From Octopus sinensis (taxonomy: Eukaryota), in assembly GCF_006345805.1 (NCBI RefSeq), contig NC_042997.1:75950001-76014000 (forward strand): 64,000 nt of DNA, read 5' to 3'. Position numbers and translations under genes: made by a program. The notes under the pieces are model-generated. The model had not been told where the DNA came from. It did not search any database and worked only from the letters and a program-made list of their open reading frames with translations. Position 1 is the stretch's first letter; every line of letters begins with the position of its first letter. Below, one piece after another: positions 45,697 to 59,822 of this stretch.

Positions 45697-48282
45697 CAGA
45701 TATGTCAAACTCCTGGCCCACGGGCCACTTCCAGCCTGCAGAACCATTTTGATATCAGCATGAAATTGGTCCAAATGGCGGCATCAGCAAATAGAGTACT
45801 TTGCTGCCCTCAGCAACACCCATGCCTTCTTGTTACAACTACACATACATAGTGTGTGGCTAAAGCAGGCCATTACATTATATATAGCACTGACTGCACT
45901 ACCTTTCTTATTAAGTGTGTCACCAAAAGTAGCAATAATTTAATACATGACTAGAAACAACACCAATGTAACTATTACACCTGTCTGTACAAAAAACACA
46001 TTAAAGAGGCATGATAACACAGTCACAAGTCTTAACTGTAAATGCAACAAAGCATGCTGGAAAATGCCTCCTTTGATTCTCTAATCACATGTTGTGAAGT
46101 GCTGATGACACAAAATCTAATCCCATAATGCACCACAACAGCTGCTTTACTGCAATTTTGGGTGATCATTTTCATGTGATATGATTCAGTAGTAGTAGTA
46201 GCTATCTATATCAATAACCAAGAGAAAATTCGATGCTGAAAACAGGGCCTTTCAAATCCAGTAGGAAATCAAGTACATGTTTACTGACATTGATGGCAAA
46301 CCCATGTGTCTTAATTGTGGTGCTAATATTACTGTACTTAAAGAGAATAATCTTAAACGCCACTATGAGACAAAGCATCAGGACAAGTATATATACCTTA
46401 CTGCTGAGCAGAAGCAATGAAAGGTAGACGAGTTGAAGAGGACTCTCACATTACAGACTTTTTTAACCAAAGCAAAATCACAAAGTGAAGCTGCTGTTAA
46501 AGCAAGTTTTACTGCGGCAGAGGAGATCGCAAAATCAGCCTGGCCATTTACCGAAGGAGAGTTTGTGAAGAGCTGCATGATGAAGATGTGTGACATTTTG
46601 AGTCCAGACAAGAAGCAACTGTTTTGCTAATGTGAGTATTAGCAGAAATATGGTTGCTGATCGGGTGTGTGAGATGGCCACTGATTTGAAAATACAGTTG
46701 ATTGAAAAAGGAAAAGATTTTGTTGCATACTCTCTTGCTGTGGATGAGACTACTGACATGACTGATACAGCACAGTTGGCTATCTTCATCAAGGAGGGGA
46801 CTCTAATTTGTTCATCATGGAGGAAATTTTGGACATTAAATTAACACATGAGACAACAACAGGAAAGGACTGTTTTGAAAAAATATATCAAAGTGTAACC
46901 AACAAGAAACTGCCTTGGGACAAATTTGTTGGACTTACAACAGGTGGAGCACTGGCGATGCACTGTGGAAAAAGTGGACTAGTAGGTAGGATACGTTTAA
47001 AGATGCAAAAAGAGAACTGTGCTGGTGTGTTGACAACATATACCAGGAAATGCTGTGCACTAAAGCCTTAAAAATGGAACATGTAATGAACACTGTAATG
47101 CAAACCATAAACTTTATCCGAGATAAATGGTTAAATCACTGCCAATTTCAGTCTTTCCTGCAGGAAATACATTCAGAGTTTGGTAACATGCCTTATCATA
47201 CAGGTGCGGTGCCACAGTCAGGGAAAGGTCCTCAATATAGCATTTGAGCTGGTTGAAGAGATATGGCAGTTCATAGACAGTAAAGGAAAAGAATCCAAAG
47301 TTCTGCAGGATGAAAAGTGGAAATGTGAGTTTTGTTTCTGGTTGATGTAACTGCACATCTCAATGTTTTAAACCTCCAGCTCCAGGGACGGGATCACATG
47401 ATCTGTGACATGCTGTGCTTATGGGAGACACATATGCACCAACTGAACTTGTCTCATTTTACCTGTTGCCAAGTAATGTTGAACAAAGTCAGTGCCACAG
47501 TGTTCCGAAAGCAACACTTTGCTGATAAATTGAGTGTGCTCCGCACTGAATTTGCACAGCAAAATAATTTTGAGCTGCTTTGCAGCCCATTTGCTGTCAA
47601 TGTGGAAACTGCACCTGTACAGATTTGAATGGAGCTGACAGAACTGCAGTGTAATTGGACATTAAAAGAGCAAAGTACAACTCTGTGTGGCCCACACAGT
47701 TCACTCGCTTCATACCTGAAGCAATGCTCCAGCTCCATTTACATGCAGCTCAAATACTGACTTTGTTTGGAAGGACATATCTGTGTGAGCAGCTGCTCTC
47801 TGTGATGAAGACGAATAAAACATCACATAGGAGTCATCTCACAGAAGAACACCTGCAATCCATCTTGAGAGTCTCAACAACACAGAACCTTACTCCAAAC
47901 ATTAATGAACTCATTGCCAAGAAAAGATACTAAGTATGTAGCTGGGACAAAATTGCATAAAGAAAATTGAAAGTTTTGATTTATTATTTTAATTTTCACT
48001 AAAAAGCATACTTTTTTATTTATATTTTCTTTTTTTTTTTTGCAACATGTTCTTATTTTAAATTTTTATAATTTTGACAACAGATATTTTTAGAGAGAGC
48101 AAAATATTTAAAGTAATTTAAGTTAATTTATTTTTGGAATAAAATTATATACCATCTGTCTCACTACATGTTCATGTTCAAAAAGTTTTAGTCTGTTCAA
48201 TAAATGTTTATCCTGTTTGGCCCATTACCAAAAGTGTACTTTGAGTTTTGTTCCCCCTGTGCAATTGAGTTTGATACCCCTG
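45697..48282 (+). mobile_element. hAT transposon of the Charlie/SPIN/GTF2IRD2-like group (disrupted transposase ~46209-47933)
   Basis: Perfect 8-bp TSD CTCTAGAG (45689-96 and 48283-90). Imperfect TIR CAGATATGTCAAACTC / CAGGGGTATCAAACTC. BED finger CLNC...KRHYETKH, YSLAVDETTD, TYLCEQLLS. Confidence 0.92.
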
Positions 48283-48974
48283 CTCTAGAGGAATTATAAG
48301 AACACAAGCTAATAGCAATAGCCTATCAATGAATCCTCCCTGATCTATGTGAGTATAGAATCCATTAGCAAACATCCATTAAACAACTAATGCCTTCAGA
48401 AAAATTTAATTTAGAAGTTCTTTGTTACAAATAGTGTTAACCCTTCATTACATAAGAGTCGCATAATCTTCATTTAAAAGTGTATAATATAAACATGTCC
48501 ACTAATGCATAAACAGAATACTATCTCGCTGACTGAACTGACATGGGATTTTAAAAGAAAGAAAATAAGACCTTCATTTGTCATTTAGAATGGTTGTACA
48601 ATACATGGGTGGTGGAGGTGAGTACATTCTTTGCTTATTAGAACATGACAAATCCTCAGACATAGGGACAGTCTAATAAATAATTTGTTGCACCAAATAA
48701 ATGGCTGCAACAAGTTATTAATTACATGTTAACACAAATATAACAGGTCTTTCCTTAAGATTTCATACATCTAGCATAAGGTTTTTTTAAGTGTTTATTC
48801 ATCATCTATTTCTGTGTACACACCCTTGTTTCCTGTAGCAAATTATTGTTATTCAACCTTGAGTAGCACCCATGGTCACAGTCACTGAAACTGACTGAAA
48901 CAAGGTATATATATATATATATCATCATTATCATCATCATGATACATATATATCATGATCATATATATATATAT

Positions 48975-51900
48975 ATATCATCATCATCATCATTGTCATT
49001 TAACGTCTGCCTTCCATGCTGTCATGGGTGGGACGGTTTCACAGGAGGCACCCAGGCAGAAACCTGCACTAGACTTCTGTAACTGTTTTGGCAGGATTTT
49101 TACAGCTAGTTGCCCTTCCTAACACCAACCATTCTGCAGAGTGGACAAGCAAAAGTGAGGTCAGTTTTGACAAGGTTTTTACAGCTGGATGCCCTTCCAA
49201 ACACCAACCACTTTACAGTGTGGACTGGATGTTTTTTAAGTGACACCTGCACTGACAAGATCACCAAGTAGCTTACAAGACAAGAAAAAATCTTTTGAGA
49301 GGGGAGGGGGCATTGGAGGAGGTGATCTTGTGTTGGATGATGAAAGACTATAGTGAGACAGAGAGACAGAAACAGGTGTGCTGCCGCAAAAAAAGATACA
49401 TGGTTACCCAACCTGAGGGAAGAGCAGGAGAAGGGAGAGAGAGTCGGAGACAGCAGGATAGAGATGGTGGCAAAGTGCCAGGCATACTCACAAGGGATGG
49501 GGATCAGAATATAAATGGGATGGTCGAGTAAAGGAAGAAAGAGATATAGATGGTGGCAAGTGCCAGGGAATACTCTTGAGGTCCCAGCATCTTAATATAA
49601 GTGGTAGGATATTGTGAAAGAAGTGTGATTAGGGAGTGCGAATGGAGAATGGGAAATGAGTGACAAAAACCTGGGTATATATAGAGTGATGGGGGATACC
49701 AGATAGCAGTGATACAGAGAAACAGGGCCATGAAGACAGGAACAGGGACTGAGGTAAGCATAGTGCATGAAGTGGAAATGTGAAGAGAAGAGATGTAGAA
49801 ATCTAGTTTGGTTTGTTGTGGCAGGGTGTGTGAGAAGTTTTGTTGTTAAGTGTGAGTGAGACACAGCGCTTCTAAATCTCAGTTTTGCTGACATGGTCTT
49901 CTCAAGAACCTCATACTGCCAGACATCTCGGTCCATTGTCATTTCTTCCATGAGGCCCTATATCCTGAGATTGGTCCTCACCACTTTATTTCCACAAGTA
50001 CCATCAGTATTCAGTGATTGGCACTTCTTTATGCAGCTGTCCTCATTCATATACATCACATGTCCAAACCAACATAGACTTCTTTCTTGCAGGCTACATT
50101 TGATTCCTCTTATGCCCAACTTTTTTCTCAATACATTTGTACTTTGTTGTATATACACACTGATGTTGCACATCCAACAGAGCATACTACCTTCATTTCT
50201 CTCCAGTCTACACGTCTTCTGCATGTTTCACTACCATGGAGTATAGCTGTTCGCACACAAGCATCATACAGTCTTCCTTTCACACTGAGAGAAAGTCCTT
50301 TTGTTGCCAACAGAAGTAATAGCTCTCTGAACTTCCCCCACTCTATTCTTATTCTAGAAAAAATACTTTTAGAACATTCTCCACCATTGGTAATTTGGTT
50401 ACTTAGGTAACAGAAACTATCTATAACCTCAAGAGACCTTCCTGGGCATTTGAGAGAATCAAAGTTCCATGTGCTCTTAGTGCTTATTGTTCTGGTACAT
50501 CTACCACATACAGAGACTACTTTATCTGTTAAGCTACCTGCGATTCCACTGCACCTCTTATGTATCCATAGTTTACACAGGGTGCAGCAAATGGAATTTC
50601 TTCCAACTCCTTTCCTACATCCTGAGTAGAAAGAGAGTTTTATCTTCTTTCTTACTAATAACAACTTTGGTCTTTGCTAGGTTAACTTTAAGCCCCTTTG
50701 ATTCCAGGTTTCATTTCCATACCTGGAATTTTCTCTCCAATTCTACTAAAGATTCTGCAATAAGAGCAAGGTCATCAGCATATAGCAGTTCCCACGGGCA
50801 ACCAGTTTTGAATTCCTCTGCTATGGCCTGGAGGATTATAATGAATAAGAGTGGACTGAGAACTGAGCCCTGGTGAACCCCTACCTGTATGCTAAATTCA
50901 TCACTTTACTGACACTACCACTGTACCTGGCTTGTACAGCTCTAACAAGCCACTCCTTAGAGACCACCATATAACAGAGCAGGGAACTCTGTTGAAAGCT
51001 TTCTCTAGGTTGATGAAGGCTAAGTACAATGGCTTACTTTTGGCCAAGTACTTTTCCTACAGCTGTCTCAGTAGGAAGATGGCATCTGTGGTATTCTTCC
51101 CTGGTACAAAACCAAACTGCATCTCATCTAGTTTAATTCTATTCCTAATCAATTGAGCTATAACCCTCTCAGTAACTTTCATGACTTGGTCTAGCAGTTT
51201 AGTACCTCTGTAGTTGTTTCTATCTAAGGCATCCCTTGTAGAAGCTAACTATAAAAATGCTACATCAGTCACTGGGGATGGGACCTTCCTGAATAACCTG
51301 ATTAACTATAGGGGTGACTAAGCTGTATCCTATACCACTGGAAATTTTAATCATCTTAGCAGTGATTCCTGAGGGTCCAGGGGTTTTCCCTGTCTTCATA
51401 TCCTTAATTGCCTTATCTATTATGCTGCTATCAACTCTGACGGCTGGTTCCTCAATTGGTTCAATATTTGGTAGACTTGCCTTCTCCCATTCATTTTCCA
51501 CATTTAGTAACCTTTCATAGTGACACTTCCATGCATCTTTCTTCTCTGAATCACTAAGGGCAAGCATATCATTATCCATTCACACACATTTCTCACCCAC
51601 TACATCTCTATTCTCTCTGAATATACTGCTTTGCAATCCTGAACACTCCACACCTCTGATCCTCACGCTGTAGAACATTTGTAAATCTCTTACCTTTAGC
51701 TATTCCTTTTGCTATTTAAACCTGACACCTAGCTGCCCTTTTGGCAACCTGATATCATTCTCTGCTTCCACTATTTTACCAGCCATTCTAGGACAGTCTT
51801 TTTCTTTTATAGCACTGTCTACCTCCTTGTACCACTACCATGTCACCCTTGGTCTAGCTGGGACTCTGCATTAACCCCAGATTTTGTCTGTAGCCCTCAG

Positions 51901-52900
51901 TAGATTGTCCTGCAGGAACTTCTAATTGTCCTCTAAGCTATATGTCTCCAACTCTTTCTCTCTTTTGTCAGAAGCATCCATTAGGAAATCTTTAAATTTT
52001 TGTCTGTTTGCTGGGTCTTTGAGCTTCCACAGTCTTCTTTTCCATATTGGTTTATTTCTCAGAGTCTTTCTAGCTCTAATTCTGAAGTCACTAACTAGTA
52101 ACCTTCACTTGGGAAAGACTTTGTATTTTTAAGCATCCATCTATCTCGTTGCCTGGTGAAAAGGTAGTCCATCTGGCTTAGATGCTCACCAGACTGATTA
52201 GTGATTAGGTGGCTGGTTGGTTTTCTGAAGTTAGTGTTGCAGATCGTGAGATCATATGCATTACAAAACTCCAACAGTTTTGTTCCCTCCTCATTTCTAG
52301 GTCCAAAACCATAGCCCTCATGCTCTCCCTGGAATCCATGGGGAGACTGTCCAACACATCCACAGAAGTCACCAGCCACAAAAACAAAGTCTCTGTCATT
52401 TGTCACTGAAGTAGTCTGCAAAAGGGCCTCTTAGAATTGGTCCTTCTGCTCCTCAGGCAGCCCAGACTGAGGAGCATAGGCAGAGATAAAAGCTACTATT
52501 AATTTATGTATGATAAGTCTCATCTTAATGACCCTATCACATACTCTGACTACCTCAATTACCTTCTCTACCCACTTTTCTGCTAACAGTATGCCTACGC
52601 AACCTACTCCATCCCTCCTGTTGACCCAGAAGAATTTGAATCTCTGTCTCTAACCTGTGAGGAATTAAGCTGAGGCTGCCCTCCATCTTACTTATTGCAC
52701 ACCACACACATCAACATGGCATTGCTCCAACATTTTAATAATCTCTCCACTCCCTCCTTTCAGTGTGCCAACATTGATGGTAGTGGCCCTGAGACTGAGT
52801 ACCTGGGAGTGGTGGGGGAAAGGTAGTTGTGGAACTTTTGTCATCACCTAAAAAGATTGTGCAAATGCTTGCCAGCTAGAATAGAGTTTTGATACATATT
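48975..52900 (-). mobile_element. Older, heavily mutated RTE LINE related to copies 1-3
   Basis: Minus-strand fragments FVAGDFCG, RNEEGTKLLEFC, KAPGPSGITAKM-like, SICCTLCKLWIHKRCSG and YDACVRTAILHGSET. A long 3'UTR and (GAT)n tail lie near 48975. Confidence 0.85.
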
Positions 52901-53954
52901 TTACTCAGTGAATTACAATGCATCACAGTTCCCCCCCATTTCATCCAATATCCAGAGCAAGAGCCAACACGAGATGAGATGGGTATGTGAATAGGGAATG
53001 TAGGTTGACCTGGAAGAGAGGAATAGGGTGGTTACATAGGATAGTTTAAGTATTATGTCTAAATATTTATATATAAGGCACCTTTAATTGTATATGACAC
53101 TCATCCAGGCACTTGCATGAGGGTATAAGGGTATAATCAAAATATGTACTCACTCAGCACAGGAGGAATATATGAGTTGCCAGGTGAAAATGTTAATGTA
53201 TGAATTAAAATGGTGGTGGTGGGGAGGGTAGATGGGTATAACATGTGTTCAAAATGGACACTGGGCATACACCTTGTACAAACTAAGTTTATGCACTATA
53301 TAGTTAAATGGGTTTAGAAGAAAAGCAGTAGTATTTAATTATTATTATTATTTTTATCATAAAAATATTAATACTATATTAATATACATGTACATTTTAA
53401 TTGGCAAATTTATCACATAAGCATTTTGCAATGAAAAGGGAGTCTATCTAAAATTGCATATATATATCTATATACATATATATCTTGTTTCAGTCAGTTT
53501 CAGTGATTGCGATCACAGATGTTACTTGAGGTTGAATAACAATTATTTGCTATAGAAAACAAGGGTGGGTACACAGAAACAGATTGTGCATAAACATTTA
53601 AAAAAAAACCTATACTACATATATGGAATCTTAAGGAAAGACCTATTATATTTGTGTTGGCTGTAATTAATAACTTGTTACATCTATTTATTTGATGCCA
53701 CGTGTTATTTATTAGGCTGTCCCTATATACATGATTCAAATGTACGGAAAACAGAAGCCACTGATGGGTGAGGGAACAACAAACGGGTGTATTAGTTTGA
53801 CACTTGGAAAAAATCTTTGATGTTTGAAGCCTATGCTCTTCAACAGAAAAGGATGAGAAGGAAAAAATATATCTGTATTAACGGTTTTTATATGGTGAAA
53901 TCACCAGAAGAATACATTTATACACACACCCACACCTACCTACCTATCTATATA

Positions 53955-54790
53955 CATCATCATCATTTAACGTCTGCTTTCCATGCTGACATAGGTTGGG
54001 TGTTTTGACAGGTGGTGGCCAGGCAGGAGCCTGCATCAGACTTCTGTGTCTGTTTTGGCACGCTTTTTGGCTGGATCCCCTTCCTAAAATCAACCACCCC
54101 ACAGATTGGACTATATATATATATACACACACACACACATGCGTGTAAAGGCAGATGGATGCAAAGTCATGGTTTCAATTCCCCGACCGAGTGGTGCATT
54201 GTGTTCTTGAATAAAACATGTCATTCCATGTTGCTTCAGTCCCCTCAGCTGTAAAGTGTATAATCCTGTGATGGACTAGCATTCCATTCTGGGGCAATGT
54301 TGGTCTGTCCACCTCAAAAGCAGGGTGGCTTCATCCAAAAGCTATAACAGTGCAACAAAGCACATTGCGACCAGCAGTGTATAACATCCAACAATCTAGT
54401 TGATACAGTGATAATATATATAGACACACACGCATATTTTACTTATTTCAGTCACAGAACTGTGGCCATGCTGGCACCTTCACGCCACAACCTTGAAGGG
54501 CTTTAGATGAACAAATTGGCCCCAGTACTTATCCTATTGGTCACTTACTGTTTAACTACTAAGTTACAGGGTCATAAAAAAAGCACATATGCACAAACAC
54601 AGAGATATATACATACACACATGACAAGTTTCTTTCAGTTACTATCTACCAAATCCACTCAGAAGGCTTTGGTCAGCCCAAGGCTATAGTAGAAGACACC
54701 TGCCCAATGTGCCATGGAGTGGGACTGAATCTGTAACCAAATGGTTGGGAAGTAAACTTCTTACCACACAGCTATGCCTGCACTTACACA
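53955..54790. mobile_element. Cluster of SINE and RTE-tail fragments
   Basis: 53955-54100 is a reverse RTE-type tail. 54430-54785 resembles the SINE at 33207-33601. 54140-54420 is another tRNA-SINE-like piece. Confidence 0.55.
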
Positions 54791-55149
54791 TACACACACA
54801 GGCAACAGATGTTGACAGTTTCTGACTATATATTTGAAAAGTGTTGGTCTAGGATAGTCAAATGCCAATAGACCTCAGAAACAAAGCCTATACCAATTAT
54901 TTTCTTTCTAACCACCACCACCACCACCACCACCACCACCACCACAAAACATCAGCTGACCTTCATGTTGGTGTTGCCATTGTTGCTTTATATTTGTGAT
55001 AAAAGAGAATAGGTTTAGGGTGGGGTAGAAAAGAAATGAGGACAACAGTAACCAAAACAAAGGACAGAACACCACCAAAGAATCACCATTATAACCAACC
55101 ACACACACATATATACATACATATACACACACACACTGCCAAAAATTAG

Positions 55150-56830
55150 CCAGGGTAGTCAAAGCTGAGTTTAAATAAAAGCCAGGGTGGGCAAAGCTGG
55201 AACATCTTTGTCCATAGGTCTGCTGGATGAGGACTGACCTGTGGTAGTCAACAACAAGGCAGGACTTATTATCAGGTCATCCAATTAGTTCTGCCTGAAT
55301 TTTGAATAAAGAAAACAAGTGATCAAATGTTACATTTAATTGAGAATTAATCATCAATGTACTTTCCCTGATTATTTATGACTTCCTTCCATCTATTTAC
55401 AAGCTTTTTAATCCCATCAATGTAAAATTCTTTTGGTTTCAAAGCGAAGAACTCTGAAATGTCAGTTTTGACCTCCTCCTGGCTTGCGAAGGTTATGTCC
55501 CCCAAATGGTTCTGTAAACTATGAAACAAATGGTAGTCTGAAGGAGCAAGGTTGGGAGAGTAAGGTGGATGAGGAATTTTTTCCCAACCAAGTTCTTCGA
55601 TCTTCTGTGATATGGTCTTTGCAGTGTGGGGTCGTGCATTGTCCTGATGAAACATCACTCCTTTTCAATTCACTAAAGCGGTTCTTTTTCCTTCAAAGCT
55701 TGATTCAAACACTCTAATTGCTGATAGTAGAATTGAGCATTGATTGTTGCATTAGGTGGTAACAATTCAAAGTGAATTACTCCTTTGCAATCCCACCAGA
55801 TAGGGAGAAGAACTTTTTTTCCATGAGGTTCCTTTCTCGGTTGTGGTTGAGCTTTTTCCTTTTTACCAAGCCACTGTTTACAACGTTTAACATTTCAATA
55901 GAAGATCCATTTTCCGTCACCAGTCACAAGTCTATCCAAAAAGGGTGAAATGAGTTCACGAGAATGGAGAGAAGAGAAGATGCCATCTTGGGATTTGTGG
56001 TTACTTTTGGACAATTCATGAGGCACCCATTTTCCAAGTTTAGGAACCTTTCCAAGTTGTTGAAGATGATGATGAACAGTTGTATGGTTTGAACTAAGCT
56101 TTATTGCCAATTCTTCAACTGATAATGCAAGATTTGCTTCAAGTAATGCCTCAAGGAGCTTATCATCAAATTCAACTGGACGTCCTGTTTGATTTTCATC
56201 TTCAAGGCTGAAATCTCCACTTCTGAATTTTGCAAACTAACTTCTGCAAATTCTTTCATTCAAGTATTCTTTCCCATAAACTGAGTGCATGTTTTGAGTT
56301 GCTTCGGCTGCAGAGTTTCCATTTTTGTACTCATAAAGCATTATGTGCCTTAAATGCTCTGTGGATACTTCCATGTTAGAAAGGGTTTTAATCAAAGAAA
56401 TTTTAGTTCTTTTAATCTGTAAAATAATATTTAATTAGTTTAAATGTACAGAAATGCATAAAAATAATTTTTAATTCCATTAGACATTATAAAATACTAT
56501 TAAATTTCATTCAATTTTAAAAACGATAAAATCGGACAGAACTTATGGGACGACCTGATAGATAATGTAGTCCAAGATGCACTGTTTCTGAATAAAAGGC
56601 AGGACAGTCAAAGCTTGAACACTGATCTGGATTGGGACTGACCTGGGGTTAAACAAAATCAAGGAAGGACACATTACACAATGTAGCCATAGGTACATTA
56701 CATCTGCATTAAGACAGGGTGGTCACAGCTGGAACATCTTTGACCATAGGTCTGCTGGATCAGGACTGATCTTGGGCTAAACAAGGAAGAACACATTGGA
56801 TAATGTAGTCCGAGATACACATATACAAAG
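55150..56830. repeat. Diverged tandem repeat into which the mariner inserted
   Basis: cagggtgg(t/g)ca(a/c)agctggaacatctttg(t/a)ccataggtctgctggat occurs at ~55183 and ~56716, with further diverged units flanking the mariner. Confidence 0.55.
55272..56558 (-). mobile_element. Mariner transposon (degenerate)
   Basis: Imperfect TIR TCAGGTCATCCAATTAGTTCTG / TCAGGTCGTCCCATAAGTTCTG with TA flanks. Translations WVPHEL, LVTGDGKW, HQDNARPH and HPPYSPNLAPSDY. Confidence 0.9.
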
Positions 56831-57329
56831 CTTGACCTAAAGAGAGGATAGCTATAACTGGAATGTCTGCTGGCACAAAGCTCCTTGAGTGTTTCACAAA
56901 GTGCAATCAGAGGGGTGGAACATAGTGAGATGTTGATTAGGTGGTGGCCCTTTACTCCTAGGTTGATGTTACAGAGACCTCTGGGTGATAGCAATAGAAG
57001 ATTAGAGACAGATAGAGGAAGTGAGAGAGGGATCAAAGAGGCAGTAAAGAGGGGAGGTAAGGAGATACAAAAAAAGAAAAACCGAATTAAACCCATCACA
57101 TCACATTGGTGGGAAGAGATAAAGGACTGTTTTGGTCTGAGGGTGGGCCAGGAAGGATTGGAGATGGTTAGTATGGGGGGGGGGCAGAAGGAAAGGATGT
57201 GAAAGGAAGCAAGCAAGGGAGCAGGAGCAAAAGGTGGGATTAAGAGTTGGCAGTCAGTTGAGGATTTATGGGATTAGAAGAAAACGATGAACACGTCATG
57301 GGATCATCTCTCTCTTCATCAAATAATAA

Positions 57330-57470
57330 TTCCTTCCAATAATGACATAGGGCCTGAAATTTTAGGGTACAGAACTAGTTGATTACATTGACCCTAGTGT
57401 GTAACTTATTTCATTGACCCTGAAAGGGTGAAAGGCAAAGTTGACCTAAGTGGAATTTGAACTCAATAAT
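57330..57470 (-). mobile_element. Nin/Deu-domain-like SINE fragment
   Basis: The reverse complement reads gagttcaaattccacttaggtcaactttgcctttcaccctttcagggtcaatgaaataagt, a B box followed by a motif recalled for Deu/Nin SINEs. Confidence 0.45.
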
Positions 57471-57788
57471 AATAAGAGCACTCAGAGAGCGCAAACCTAA
57501 GGCAACACTAATGCCCTCTCAATGATTAGCCAAAGATGATTTTTAAAATGTAAATATCTGAAATAAACTCGACTGCTCTCACAAACAAGAATACTAAAAT
57601 GAACCCAACCACTCTCAAAAATAAAAAAAATAAAAAGGAGAAATAATCCAGAATCCTTGTCTGACACCGGATCGATCCCAAATTCTAATTTCAGCTGAAT
57701 CCATCTAGCAGTTCTTGAGATATCTTGTCCATGGACAACCAAACAAAGATGACTGAAAACAATATTTCTGCCTTTGCTAAGGTGGAAG

Positions 57789-57799
57789 TAATGATGATG

Positions 57800-57854
<55 letters not shown>

Positions 57855-57860
57855 TTATGA
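57789..57860. repeat. (AAT)n microsatellite
   Basis: Direct run of aat/gat triplets. It explains the poly-Ile ORF. Confidence 0.95.
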
Positions 57861-57924
57861 TGACAATTTCTATCATAGGTACATAATCATAAATACATTA
57901 TATGTGTGTGTGTGTGTGTATATA

Positions 57925-58130
57925 TCATCAACATCATCATTGTCGTTTAACATCCACTTTCCATGCTGGCAAGGCTGGAATGGTTTGACAAGAGCTGGCC
58001 AGGCAGATACCTGCAGCAGACTTCTGTAACTGTTTTGGCAGGATTTTTACAGTTGAATGCCCTTCCTAACACCAACTACTCAGAAGAGTGGACTTAGTGC
58101 TTTTTACTTGGCGCATGCACAGGCAAGGTC
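57925..58130 (-). mobile_element. RTE-type 3' tail fragment
   Basis: catcatcattgtcgtttaacatccactttccatgctgg...gcccttcctaacaccaa, the reverse of the RTE 3' end. Confidence 0.6.
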
Positions 58131-59023
58131 AAATGGTGAGCCCATTGATTATTTTTGTTTATTCTGATTCAAGTGTTTCATATAATAACAACAGAGATTA
58201 ATCACAAAGCAAAATGCATGCAAACATAAAAGAATAAACAGATGAAAGTAGAACCTTTTTGCTTTACATGAAATTGGAGCCTTTTTGCCATAAATATGAC
58301 AATAGGGAACTATCATTCAACTAGAGTAGTAGTTGAATATTCTTAAGGCTGCAATTTACTCACATGCAGCATCTTTCAGAGCTTGTCACTAATTCAGTTC
58401 TTAACATTTTTGAAGAGGACTGGTCCCTAGCTACATTTTGGCATTAAAAAAATTGAGATTTGGTCCAGAAGAAAAAAAGTTTACATCAAAATTTATAGCA
58501 ACATTATACAAGAGTAAGTAACACCACCAATCAAGTTTAGATCTAAATAACATTTTTATTTTAAAAGCAAAATATATTTATCTTAGCTTCACTAATAGAA
58601 GAAAGCATGAAGAATTTCATAGTTTTGATCCCATGCAACAAAAATTTGTACCAAAAAAGTTGTGAGGTAAAATATCATGAAAAAAATATAAGTCAAAAAA
58701 TTGGATTTAAGTATAATTAACTTTATTTTAAAAACAAACTATATCTTAATTAAGCTTAAATGATGAGCTCAATTCGAGGAATTTCATGGTACCAATCTCA
58801 TGCAATGAAGTTTTAAAAGGAAAAGGTTATGAGTCTTTGTTTCTCAAATTTGATGGTGATAATATAGTTCTATACTTTTTTATGAATATAGTTCTCGGGA
58901 ACTTTTGATATAAGTCACTGGCATCATTGAGGTAAGGAAAAAATTATCAACGACACAGCTAGTTGACACATTTGACATGTTATTAATTAGCATAATAGCA
59001 TAGCCTGGAAAAACATGGATTAC

Positions 59024-59533
59024 ATGGAAAATGTGAGCAAGAGGAATAATATTCTTAAGATTATAAATCTGGATAAGTACAAGACAAGTTATTACACTTG
59101 GAAAAGTTCAGGGAAAGTTATTACATCTGGTAAAGTACAAAGCAAGAATATTCTTACTTAAAATATTGCAGCTAAGGATAAAATATTTTATTTGAGTGAT
59201 TTTTAATTTTTAATAAAAGTAACAAGTAATAACAAATACAAGTAATAACTTGTAATAAAATTTTTAGTTTTAATAAAAGCTAACATTTTCTAAATTTAAA
59301 TATTTTATTTGAAATTTTATCCTTAGCTGCTATATTTTAAGTAAAAAAATTTTTTGTTCTGAAATTTACTAGATGTAGTAACTTGTTCTGAATTTTTTCA
59401 AGTGTAATAACTTGTTCTGTACTTTACCAGATGTAATAACTTGTCCTGAACTTTTCCAAGTGTAATAACTTGTCCTGTACTTTTCCAGATTTATAACCTT
59501 AAGAATATTATTTCTCTTGCTTGCATTTTTCAT
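59024..59533. mobile_element. Foldback element with long TIRs built from 29-bp subrepeats
   Basis: Arm 59024-59183 is the reverse complement of 59314-59533. gtaataacttg recurs at 59404, 59433 and 59462. Confidence 0.8.
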
Positions 59534-59822
59534 ACAATATAATATTGATTAATGACTCATTTTATATAGTGATATTAAAATCAAATGTTAATAACTTTAC
59601 ATTTCACTGATTTTACCTGCAATTAGTTTTGACACAAAAATTAGAATCTTTTGTTGAGTTTGAAAATTTATTATTAAACTAAAAATACAGTTGCTTTAGA
59701 AAATCAAACTGAATTACTAATTATTTTAAAAGTTAATTTAAACACATACGAGCTTGTATTTCAATTAGAAATATACTAACAAAAAAGACAGCAAAAAACG
59801 GTAGAATTGTTAACAAACTTAC

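Noticed and set aside
57691-57876. Poly-isoleucine ORF
   Set aside because: It is an (AAT)n microsatellite.
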